DNA of 40,000 nucleotides from positions 1,518,693-1,558,692 of the forward strand of contig NZ_AP014545.1 of assembly GCF_016592435.1 (NCBI RefSeq). Reading direction: 5' to 3'. The stretch comes from Amphritea japonica ATCC BAA-1530. Lineage in GTDB: Bacteria; Pseudomonadota; Gammaproteobacteria; Pseudomonadales; Balneatricaceae. Within the stretch, counting starts at the first letter, position 1. Every line of letters starts with the position of its first letter. A model generated the notes under the pieces. That model was not told where the DNA came from. It saw only the letters and a program-made list of their open reading frames with translations, and did not search any database. The translations under genes were made by a program, and so were the position numbers. Shown in pieces: positions 32,345-40,000 of the stretch.

Positions 32345-32447
32345 TAATTAAAAGTTCACCAATGCGCGTTGAGTTGCAAACTGAATACCTGGTTCCGTGT
32401 GACCCTAACAGTTATGTTCAAATCTATATTGCTACAGAGCCATTTGA

Positions 32448-32816
32448 ATGAATGAAAATACGTTATTTGAGTTAACCCTTTTTGATCCTGAGAATACGCT
32501 TGTTGCCGGGTTAAATAAACGCGGTATAGCGTTTAGGAAGGTACCGGTTACCCGGCAGTTTGTGGTGGCGATGGACGAAACGGTGGAAATTATCAGTACT
32601 GATTCCCCTGAAACGCTGATTGAAAATCTTGTATCGGTTTTCATCGCGTGGCTTAAAGGTAAGCGAAACCGGAAGCTACAGGTTCAGCTAGTAGACGGTA
32701 GCACTGTTTATATTGATGAAAACGATATTGAAGGCGCGACCTGTATACTCACTAATTCGCTTAAAGTGACCGCATTTGACCCGGAATATAACAACAGAAT
32801 ACTCAATAGCGAATGA
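32448..32816 (+). CDS. hypothetical protein
   Basis: 122-aa ORF with no family recognised by eye. Codon usage looks plausible. Confidence 0.4.
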   Translation: MNENTLFELTLFDPENTLVAGLNKRGIAFRKVPVTRQFVVAMDETVEIISTDSPETLIENLVSVFIAWLKGKRNRKLQVQLVDGSTVYIDENDIEGATCILTNSLKVTAFDPEYNNRILNSE

Positions 32817-32928
32817 CGCGGAACTTTTACCCTTGATAAGATTCCGCCTGGCTGCTGCTGGCTATGTTCACTGTAAAGGCGGCCTGGCGTTTCGGGGCCA
32901 ACGTTCTGCATGACTAAATGGATAACAG

Positions 32929-33531
32929 ATGATTTTTGATATTTCAGAATTAGAAAACCAGGATAAATATCGCCTCTTGAATGGGGGAGTTACGCCCAGA
33001 CCGATCGCATGGGTGAGTACACGATCAGATGATAATATTGATAATTTAGCCCCGTATTCATTTTTCACCGTGGCCAGCTGTAACCCTCCGGTACTGCTCT
33101 ACACACAGGTAAACCCGAGAAGTGGCGTACAGAAAGATACGCTGCGCAACCTTATTGAAACGGGTGAGTGCGTGGTTAATATTGTGAATACTGCGCTATT
33201 AGAAAAAATGAGTCTGACCAGTACCACGCTTAACAGGGATGAAAGTGAGTTCGATCTGGCGGACGTTGAACGTTGCCCGAGTCAGAAAGTGAAACCTCCT
33301 TCTGTAAAAGAGTCTCCTGTGCGTTACGAGTGTACTCTGAGAGAAGTTGTGTCTATCAGTGACTTACCGATGGGCGGTACCGTTGTGCTTTTAGATGTGC
33401 AGTCTGTTTATGTCCGTGATGACTTGTATGAAGATGGAATTATAAATCAGCAACTAATCGAGTCAGTCGGAAAGATGGGTGGTGATCACTACAGCTTAAT
33501 TTCTACCTGCGTAGAGATGAAACGCCCCTGA
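32929..33531 (+). CDS. flavin reductase-like FMN-binding protein
   Basis: LLNGGVTPRPIAWVSTRSDDNIDNLAPYSFFTVASCNPPVLLY is typical of the flavin reductase (split-barrel) domain family. Confidence 0.8.
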   Translation: MIFDISELENQDKYRLLNGGVTPRPIAWVSTRSDDNIDNLAPYSFFTVASCNPPVLLYTQVNPRSGVQKDTLRNLIETGECVVNIVNTALLEKMSLTSTTLNRDESEFDLADVERCPSQKVKPPSVKESPVRYECTLREVVSISDLPMGGTVVLLDVQSVYVRDDLYEDGIINQQLIESVGKMGGDHYSLISTCVEMKRP

Positions 33532-33635
33532 AAACCAGGCTGTAATGTTGAATAGTTTTCGCCGTTTTTTATACGATGGGGCTGCTGTGCTCCGGTGTTT
33601 GAGTTACAGGTTCACATAAGCTTAAGAGGGAACTC

Positions 33636-34040
33636 ATGGGAAAATCTACTGCGGCATTGAGTCATATTACGCTGGGGTCTAATGACTACGAAAGGTCCGC
33701 CCGCTTTTATACGGCGGCACTTGCGCCGTTAGGGTTTAGCCGTGTGCCTAAGCCGGCGGGTAAGCCTCCATTGTTTGCCAAGAACGGTGAAATGCCCCAC
33801 TTATATTTGTATAAACCCTTTGATGGAAGGCCCGCAACCTGGGGAAACGGTACTCACCTGGCCTTGCTTGCAGAGACCCGGGATGAAGTCGATGCGTTTT
33901 ATCATCAGGCCCTCGCACATGGTGGGTTGTGTGAAGGCCCTCCCGGCGTACGAACAGAGTACAGCGATCACTACTATGCTGCCTATGTAAGAGACCCGGA
34001 TGGCAATAAACTGCAGGCGGTGTGTTATGAGCCAGTATAG
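33636..34040 (+). CDS. VOC/glyoxalase-family protein
   Basis: 134 aa. LSHITLGSNDYERSARFYTAALAPLGF ... HLALLA ... YAAYVRDPDGNKLQAV. Confidence 0.75.
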   Translation: MGKSTAALSHITLGSNDYERSARFYTAALAPLGFSRVPKPAGKPPLFAKNGEMPHLYLYKPFDGRPATWGNGTHLALLAETRDEVDAFYHQALAHGGLCEGPPGVRTEYSDHYYAAYVRDPDGNKLQAVCYEPV

Positions 34041-34082
34041 ACCGGGTAATGAAGAGAGATATTACGGTGAACAGCCCTCATT

Positions 34083-34595
34083 ATGCTGATTAAATATTTT
34101 GCCTATGGTTCCAATATGTCTGTTGCCCGCTTAAGGCAACGTGTCCCCAGCGCCTGCGTTATCGGTGTCTATTATCTTGATGGTCACTCGCTGCGGTTTC
34201 ATAAGTCCGGTCAGGACGGCTCTGCCAAATGCAATGTGTGCTATACCGGTGGGGAAGGCCGGGTCTACGGTGTGCTGTATGAGATTGATTCGGTCGAAAA
34301 AATTCAATTAGATAAGGCAGAAGGGCTCGGCGTCGGCTATGGTGAAAAAATGGTTCAGATCTATAATCTGAATGGCACTAACGTTGAGGCGATCACCTAT
34401 TATGCGTTGCAGATCGATGAGGTTCTGAAGCCCTATAGCTGGTATGTGAATCATGTGGTCATCGGTGCCAGGGAAGCGGAGTTACCCGATGAGTATATCC
34501 TCAGCATCACCTCGACAGAGTCTGTCGATGATGCTGATGCTGCCCGGAATACCCGGGAGAGAGAGATTCATCAGCCATGCCCCGAAAATTCCTGA
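34083..34595 (+). CDS. gamma-glutamylcyclotransferase-like (AIG2/GGCT fold) protein
   Basis: YFAYGSNMSVARLRQRVPSA at the N-terminus and the later VYGVLYEI...LDKAEG pattern. Confidence 0.7.
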   Translation: MLIKYFAYGSNMSVARLRQRVPSACVIGVYYLDGHSLRFHKSGQDGSAKCNVCYTGGEGRVYGVLYEIDSVEKIQLDKAEGLGVGYGEKMVQIYNLNGTNVEAITYYALQIDEVLKPYSWYVNHVVIGAREAELPDEYILSITSTESVDDADAARNTREREIHQPCPENS

Positions 34596-34621
34596 AGAGC
34601 TGATTAGGCTATAGTTACTCT

Positions 34622-34993
34622 ATGAAAAAAAATACCTGTGTTTTTGCGTTGCTGCTACTGAGCTCATTGTTGAATGGCGCCGACGCAGGAGAAGCGAATG
34701 TCGTTAACGCGACTGTCAGTAAGACGGGTGCGGGTCTTTATTCTTTTAGTGTGACGGTGCAGCACGAGGATAGCGGCTGGGATCATTATGCCAATCAGTG
34801 GGAGGTTGTTGATCCGCAGGGTAAGGTTCTGGGAACCCGGATTTTGGTTCATCCCCACGTCAGAGAGCAACCCTTTACGCGAAGCCTTTCGGGTGTCCGC
34901 ATCGGTGCCGGGGTGAAGTCCGTGACGATTCGCGCCCAGGATCTGGTGCATGGGTACGGTGGAACGTCATTTACACTCAATCTTCCGGATTAA
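34622..34993 (+). CDS. secreted protein of unknown function
   Basis: Signal peptide MKKNTCVFALLLLSSLLNGADA. The mature part has conserved-looking His clusters (HEDSGWDHY, HPHVRE). Confidence 0.55.
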   Translation: MKKNTCVFALLLLSSLLNGADAGEANVVNATVSKTGAGLYSFSVTVQHEDSGWDHYANQWEVVDPQGKVLGTRILVHPHVREQPFTRSLSGVRIGAGVKSVTIRAQDLVHGYGGTSFTLNLPD

Positions 34994-35243
34994 TAACAGG
35001 AGCTCTCGTAGTGCTTGAGAGCCGGACATAAACGCGCCTGAATATCTGCTCTAAGATCGCTTTATCTATCGTCAGGCCGCCACGGGTTTATTTTTTAAAA
35101 CAAGCATTTTTAAACCAGTAACTTGCTAATTTAATGAGCTATTTCATGTTTTTGTGTTTCATCTTTATGAGTCCTTGTTAATTATCCTGTTATCGTTAGA
35201 ATGAGTTTTTACACCTTTCTGAGCGCAACAGGGAATTTTGCAA

Positions 35244-36533
35244 ATGTCGGATCAATACAAAGTGGTTTTTACGGGTAAGCTTGCAGAGGATCGCGAGCCT
35301 GAAGATATCATTACCGCGTTTGCTGGAACATTTAAATGCAGCGAAGAAAAAGCCCGTGTTCTGGTGATGTCCGGTAAGGCAACGCCTATTAAGAGTGGTC
35401 TGGAAAAAGCTAAGGCCGAAAAATACCAGGCGGTTCTTGTCGCGATGGGGCTGGAAGTCGAACTGGTCGCCCCGCAGCCAGCAGCTAAGCCTGCATTTGC
35501 ATTTGAGATAGAGGGAGACTCTCCTTCCGCTGATGATGACGATTCTGTTTCTGATACCAGTGTTTCTGCCTGCCCTAAGTGCGGTTCAAAACAAGTTGCC
35601 GATGACCGCTGTCTGGACTGTAAAATCGTTATTTCGAAGTATCTTGCCATACAGGAAAGCGGCCATGCGTTTACGGCACCGGCCGCGACCCCGGAAAAAG
35701 TTGAAGAAGCTGAAGAGTCATCGCCAGATACATCATCCTCTTCGGCAGTAGATTACAGCGCCCCGGCGGATTCCTCATCAAACCCTTATCAGGCACCTGA
35801 AGCAGATCTGACCCCCGAGTATGAAGAAGGGGATATGACCGGGCCCGTATCGGTATCGGCTTTACGGGGCTGGGGATGGTTGACCGAAGGCTTTGGTCAT
35901 TTTAAGCAAAACCCGGTTGCCTGGATTGTTACAATGATCGTCTGGGTAATCCTTACCTCGGTACTTAGTTTTATTCCTGTTATTGGTTCTTTGGCGGTAA
36001 CACTGTTGTCACCGGTTATCTCGGCGGGCTTTATGCTGGGATGCCGTGAGCAAGAGGAGGGCGGAGATTTCCGCGTTGCTCATCTGTTCAGTGGCTTTAG
36101 CAGCAATGTCGGACAGCTGGTATTGGTAGGGCTACTCTATCTGGTATCAATGATCGTGGTGATTGTGGTTATCGCTATGTTCGCTGGCGGCGCAGCTTTT
36201 TTGCTGGGTGATGGTCTTAACAGCATGGGGCCGGATATGGCTTCGGCGATGCTGGTACCGATTCTGATTGGTACTTTGTTTATTATCCCGGTGGTGATGG
36301 CTTATTGGTTTGCGCCAGCGCTGGTTGCACTGAATGATATCTCGGCGATTGCTGCCATGAAGATGAGCTTCAGTGCCTGCCTGAAAAATATGCTGCCGTT
36401 TTTCCTTTACGGCTTGTTCATGATGCTGTTATTTATTATTGGCTCAATTCCCTTTGGCTTAGGATTGTTGGTGGTTATACCGATGATCGTCGCCTCAATG
36501 TATACCTCGTACCGCGATATTTTTTACAGCTAG
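35244..36533 (+). CDS. BPSS1780/DUF2189-like membrane protein with N-terminal soluble domain and zinc ribbon
   Basis: ATG 35244; the track TTG at 35238 is less likely. It has CPKCGSKQVADDRCLDCK, an acidic/Ser-rich linker, then a polytopic domain starting GWGWLTEGFGHFKQNPVAWIV. Confidence 0.6.
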   Translation: MSDQYKVVFTGKLAEDREPEDIITAFAGTFKCSEEKARVLVMSGKATPIKSGLEKAKAEKYQAVLVAMGLEVELVAPQPAAKPAFAFEIEGDSPSADDDDSVSDTSVSACPKCGSKQVADDRCLDCKIVISKYLAIQESGHAFTAPAATPEKVEEAEESSPDTSSSSAVDYSAPADSSSNPYQAPEADLTPEYEEGDMTGPVSVSALRGWGWLTEGFGHFKQNPVAWIVTMIVWVILTSVLSFIPVIGSLAVTLLSPVISAGFMLGCREQEEGGDFRVAHLFSGFSSNVGQLVLVGLLYLVSMIVVIVVIAMFAGGAAFLLGDGLNSMGPDMASAMLVPILIGTLFIIPVVMAYWFAPALVALNDISAIAAMKMSFSACLKNMLPFFLYGLFMMLLFIIGSIPFGLGLLVVIPMIVASMYTSYRDIFYS

Positions 36534-36543
36534 GCTGTAGAGG

Positions 36544-37251
36544 ATGTCAGTGCACACTGAAATGAGCCCGTTGACGGATACTGTCCGGGCGCATGAAACG
36601 CCTGAAGGTATTCGCCTGGAACTCCGATTGGCAGGGCCGATCGTGCGTGCCTGTGCCTGGAGCATCGATATGCTGATCAGGACGATTCTCTATGGTCTGA
36701 TTGTCACCGTTTTCTCATTCTTTGGTGGGGTGGGGACGGCGGTAATGCTGATCATGTTTTTCCTGATTGAATGGTTTTATCCGGTGTTATTCGAACTCTA
36801 TAACGGCGCTTCACCGGGAAAAAAGGCGATGGGGCTGGTGGTTATTCATGATAATGGTACGCCGATCTCTTTTTCCTCTTCGTTCATTCGGAACCTGTTA
36901 CGGGCTGCGGATTTTCTGCCATTTCTGTATGCCGCAGGGTTACTTTCGATGTTGATGAATCGAAATTTCCAGCGGCTTGGTGATCTGGCTGCTGGCACCC
37001 TGGTGGTATACCGGGATAAGGAACTGCAAAGAGTTAAGCTTCCAGATGTGGAGGGCCGGCGCCCGCCGCTAGAGCTGAGTGTAGAAGAACAGCGTGATCT
37101 GATCAGTTTTGCGGAACGTAGTGCACAGTTGTCGCTTGATCGTCAGATTGAACTGGCCGCACAGTTATACCCTGTTACCGGAAAACGGGGTGAAGCCGGG
37201 GTGCATGAAATATTGTGCTATGCCACCTGGCTGACGCGAGGCCATCGATGA
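36544..37251 (+). CDS. RDD-family membrane protein
   Basis: 235 aa with AGAGGA upstream. The RAC..IDMLIR start, FIRNLLRAADFLP and NRNFQRLGDLAAGTLVV are typical RDD-domain features. Confidence 0.75.
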   Translation: MSVHTEMSPLTDTVRAHETPEGIRLELRLAGPIVRACAWSIDMLIRTILYGLIVTVFSFFGGVGTAVMLIMFFLIEWFYPVLFELYNGASPGKKAMGLVVIHDNGTPISFSSSFIRNLLRAADFLPFLYAAGLLSMLMNRNFQRLGDLAAGTLVVYRDKELQRVKLPDVEGRRPPLELSVEEQRDLISFAERSAQLSLDRQIELAAQLYPVTGKRGEAGVHEILCYATWLTRGHR

Positions 37252-38234
37252 GGCAGGATCAGTTTGAACAACGCTATCAGTCTGTCTGGGACCGTTTAGA
37301 AAGTCATCTGAGCGGATTAGAAAAATTTCGTTTTAGACGTTCATCAGATGAACTGCCAGCAGATTTGCCGGGGCTTTATCGACAAGCCTGTAATCACTAC
37401 GCATTGGCGCGAGCCAGACGTTATAGTCCGCAACTGGTTGAGTTGCTACACCGACTGGTCTTACGCGGTCACCAGCAGCTTTATACCCGTCGTGGTGCCT
37501 GGCTGTGGCGTTTTTTTGCGTTTGTTGCTGTAGATTTTCCTGTCAGCCTGAGACTGAATATTGGTTACTTCTGGATCGCATTAGCGCTGTTTCTGCTACC
37601 TGCGCTGTTAGTCGGTGGCTTCTGCCTGATTGATAGCAGTCTGATTTACAGCCTGATGAGTGATGCCGAAGTCAGCAAGATGGCTGAGATGTATGAGCCG
37701 GATAATGCCCGTCCTGGGCGTACGCTTGAACGTACCGCGGAATCTGATTTTGCGATGTTTGGCTTTTACATCTTTAACAATATTGGTATCGGCTTTCGTA
37801 CCTTTGCGATGGGTATTCTGGCGGGTGTCGGGACTGTTTTTACGCTCTTTTATAATGGGCTTGTGATCGGTGGTGTGGCAGGCTATCTCTCGAGTCTGGG
37901 TTACTATGATACATTCTGGCCTTTTGTTTCCGGTCACTCCTCTTTGGAACTGACCGCTATTGTGATTAGCGGTGCGTCCGGACTGATGCTGGGTCGGGGC
38001 GTTATCGCTCCGGGGCGTTATGGTCGGTTGGATGCTATCCGATTGCAGGCGGGCAGAGCCGTTCCGTTGGTGATGGGGGCGGGACTCATGTTGTTGGCGG
38101 CTGCGTTTATCGAGGCGTTCTGGTCTGCCAGTGATCTGCCCAATCTGATTAAGTACGTGGCTGCCGCCATCCTTTGGACTCTGATGATTCTCTATTTTAT
38201 CTATGCGGGCAGGGGGGCTGGTGGAACTCGATAA
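37248..38234 (+). CDS. SpoIIM-like (DUF95) integral membrane protein
   Basis: The ATG at 37248 overlaps the RDD stop (ATGA). FGFYIFNNIGIGFRTFAMGILAGVGTVFTLFYNGLVIGG matches the DUF95/SpoIIM NN...NG pattern. Confidence 0.7.
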   Translation: MRQDQFEQRYQSVWDRLESHLSGLEKFRFRRSSDELPADLPGLYRQACNHYALARARRYSPQLVELLHRLVLRGHQQLYTRRGAWLWRFFAFVAVDFPVSLRLNIGYFWIALALFLLPALLVGGFCLIDSSLIYSLMSDAEVSKMAEMYEPDNARPGRTLERTAESDFAMFGFYIFNNIGIGFRTFAMGILAGVGTVFTLFYNGLVIGGVAGYLSSLGYYDTFWPFVSGHSSLELTAIVISGASGLMLGRGVIAPGRYGRLDAIRLQAGRAVPLVMGAGLMLLAAAFIEAFWSASDLPNLIKYVAAAILWTLMILYFIYAGRGAGGTR

Positions 38235-39768
38235 ACTCGAAATTAACCTGCGGCGCCGAACCTCCTGGGAAGCGATTGATCTTGGTTTTGCGCTGGCACG
38301 CCGCTGGTTTATGCCTCTCTGGTTGTTATGGCTGGCGAGTGCAGCCCCTCTGGGAGTGATGCTATTCCTATTGTTGCATGAGCAACTTTGGTTATTGATC
38401 CTGCTGGTCTGGTGGTTCAAACCTCTCTATGAGCCACCGTTGATGTTCTGGATGAGCCGGGCGGTATTTGGCGAACAACTGCCGGTTAAATCTGTGCTTC
38501 GGCAGTGGTGGACGGTGGTTCGTCCTCAGTTACTGCTGAACCTGACCTTTCGTCGGTTTAATCCATCCCGGTCGTTTACCTTGCCGGTGGCTATTCTTGA
38601 ACAGCTTCGGGGCAAGCCCCGGCGAGACCGCTTACGGGTGCTGGGAAAAAATCAGCATGCGGCTACCTGGCTTACGGTTATCGGTATTCACCTTGAAACA
38701 ATTCTTGAGACGGCCTTTGTGGCGGTGGTGTTCATGCTGATCCCGGAAGATCTGCGCTGGACCAGTCTTAACGATCTTATTTTTGCCCCCGGACGGATTG
38801 GTGAGTGGCTTCAGTTAGCCGGTGGTTTGTTGTGCATGTCGCTGATCGCACCCTTTTATGTGGCGGCGGGCTTTGCTCTGTATCTCAATCGACGTAGTGA
38901 GCTGGAAGGCTGGGATATCGAGATTAATTTCCGTCGAACCCGTGAACGCTTAAAGATGAGCCGTACCCAGCTGGCTGATAAAGGGGTCGGTAAATACGCC
39001 AGAAAAACGGCCCGTAAAGGCTCTGCCAGTCTGATACTCATCTGCCTGGTGAGTTTTCTGTTGCCAGGGTCGCCAGCTGAAGCGGGTGCGCCTGTGAGCA
39101 GCCAGGAGGCAAAGCCCGTCATTGAACAGGTTCTTGAAGATGACGCTTTTGGCCGGACGGAGCAGACCCATTACTGGCAATATATTGGTCAACCCGACAC
39201 GGATGAAAAGACTGATAATAGCTGGTTTTTCGATCTGTTAGAGGGGCTATTCAAAATACTGGGTGGCTTCTTTGAGGGCACCGCAGAAGTTGGCAAGATT
39301 CTGATCTGGATTGTCGGCATTCTGCTAGTGGTGTATCTGGTTTATCGCGTGGCTGGTAATACGCAGTGGTTCAGTCGTTTTCAGCGCAGGCCGGTGCGTG
39401 TTAGCAGACAGCAGCCGGTAGAGTTATTTGGTCTGGATCTGCGTCCCGAGCAGTTACCGGATGATCTCGCTGCTGAAGCCCATCGTTTGGCCTCTGACGG
39501 TGCTTTTCGTGAAGCGCTGAGCTTGCTCTACCGGGGCGCATTGGTTTATCTGGTGATGCAGGCGCAACTGGATATACCCGATAGTGCTACGGAGGGGGAG
39601 TGCCTCGAGATGGTGAAAGCCAGTCGTACTGTGGCAGAGGCGGAGTATTTTGATTCGCTGACCGGGCACTGGTTAAAGATGGCGTATGGGCATATAACAC
39701 CCGCAGCAGAGCCAGTACTTTCGCTATGTGAACGATGGCCGGAGGTATACAGTAATGTCGATGGCTAA
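38203..39768 (+). CDS. membrane protein with C-terminal DUF4129-like domain
   Basis: 521 aa, overlapping the upstream gene (an alternative GTG start is at 38221). It has N-terminal TM helices. The C-terminal FREALSLLYRGALVYL...IPDSATEGECLEMV resembles DUF4129. Confidence 0.6.
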   Translation: MRAGGLVELDKLEINLRRRTSWEAIDLGFALARRWFMPLWLLWLASAAPLGVMLFLLLHEQLWLLILLVWWFKPLYEPPLMFWMSRAVFGEQLPVKSVLRQWWTVVRPQLLLNLTFRRFNPSRSFTLPVAILEQLRGKPRRDRLRVLGKNQHAATWLTVIGIHLETILETAFVAVVFMLIPEDLRWTSLNDLIFAPGRIGEWLQLAGGLLCMSLIAPFYVAAGFALYLNRRSELEGWDIEINFRRTRERLKMSRTQLADKGVGKYARKTARKGSASLILICLVSFLLPGSPAEAGAPVSSQEAKPVIEQVLEDDAFGRTEQTHYWQYIGQPDTDEKTDNSWFFDLLEGLFKILGGFFEGTAEVGKILIWIVGILLVVYLVYRVAGNTQWFSRFQRRPVRVSRQQPVELFGLDLRPEQLPDDLAAEAHRLASDGAFREALSLLYRGALVYLVMQAQLDIPDSATEGECLEMVKASRTVAEAEYFDSLTGHWLKMAYGHITPAAEPVLSLCERWPEVYSNVDG

Positions 39769-40000
39769 TCGTATTTTACTCTGGGTATTGGCGGCGTTAC
39801 TGATAGCGGGTGTGTCCTGGTATACGGTATGGTTTTTTAACAACTATGAGCGGCAGGTACGCGAAGAGCGGGTTGAGGTTTCACCGCAAGCAAAACGGAA
39901 TCGTTTTCTGGCCGCTGAATACTATTTGAAGGCTTTGGGATATCAGGCGGAGAGCTTTCAGGCGCGCGATCTTGTTTCCAATCTGCCACCCACCGGTGAT
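39755..40000 (+). CDS. DUF4350-like protein, N-terminal fragment (continues beyond window)
   Basis: ATG 39755/39761 overlaps the upstream stop. Translation MSMANRILLWVLAALLIAGVSWY... shows a TM anchor, then RNRFLAAEYYLKALGYQAE. The frame stays open to the window end. Confidence 0.5.
   Translation, partial: MSMANRILLWVLAALLIAGVSWYTVWFFNNYERQVREERVEVSPQAKRNRFLAAEYYLKALGYQAESFQARDLVSNLPPTGD

Noticed and set aside
37608-38420. 270-aa minus-strand ORF
   Set aside because: It is antisense to the SpoIIM-like and DUF4129-like genes and has a low-complexity, Arg/Ser/Asn/Gln-rich translation with no start context. This is typical of a spurious antisense frame.

Overview
Chromosomal segment from a gammaproteobacterium; that assignment is inferred from gene content only. 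No rRNA, tRNA, CRISPR array or transposase was recognised.

(1) 1-13.5 kb is core genome. It holds a LysE-type exporter fragment, an Aer-like PAS chemoreceptor, an AldB/ExaC-type aldehyde dehydrogenase, a Cache-PAS-GGDEF cyclase, a hemerythrin, arfB and a small lipoprotein. A complete pqqABCDE operon follows, then an S9 peptidase and phnA/yjdM.

(2) 13.5-29.1 kb is a sedentary chromosomal integron with an unusual architecture.
- An intact intI (minus strand) has a consensus LexA box and an attI site.
- Array 1 has 11 cassettes plus one decayed remnant. Each is bounded by attC sites of the form nnnTAAC-AAG...GGC-GTTAnnn.
- A ~5 kb island follows, carrying a cyclooxygenase-like haem enzyme, a YheT-type hydrolase, and VOC, MOSC and YcxB-like proteins. 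It is punctuated by a second, structurally different hairpin-repeat family.
- A second copy of the whole ~290 bp attI/leader platform then appears without any integrase. It heads four further cassettes.
- Both platforms share an identical 43-nt hairpin/T-tract/Shine-Dalgarno block. Both also carry a conserved small ORF that is translated across the recombination point.

(3) 29.1-40 kb holds ubiT and divergent ubiU-ubiV, each with an FNR box. Next come small accessory genes: flavin reductase, VOC, GGCT-like, and a secreted protein. The window ends in a tightly coupled, functionally uncharacterised membrane operon (BPSS1780-like, RDD, SpoIIM-like, DUF4129-like, DUF4350-like) that runs off the edge.

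The dual-attI integron with its conserved leader ORF is the most unusual thing I can support from the sequence.
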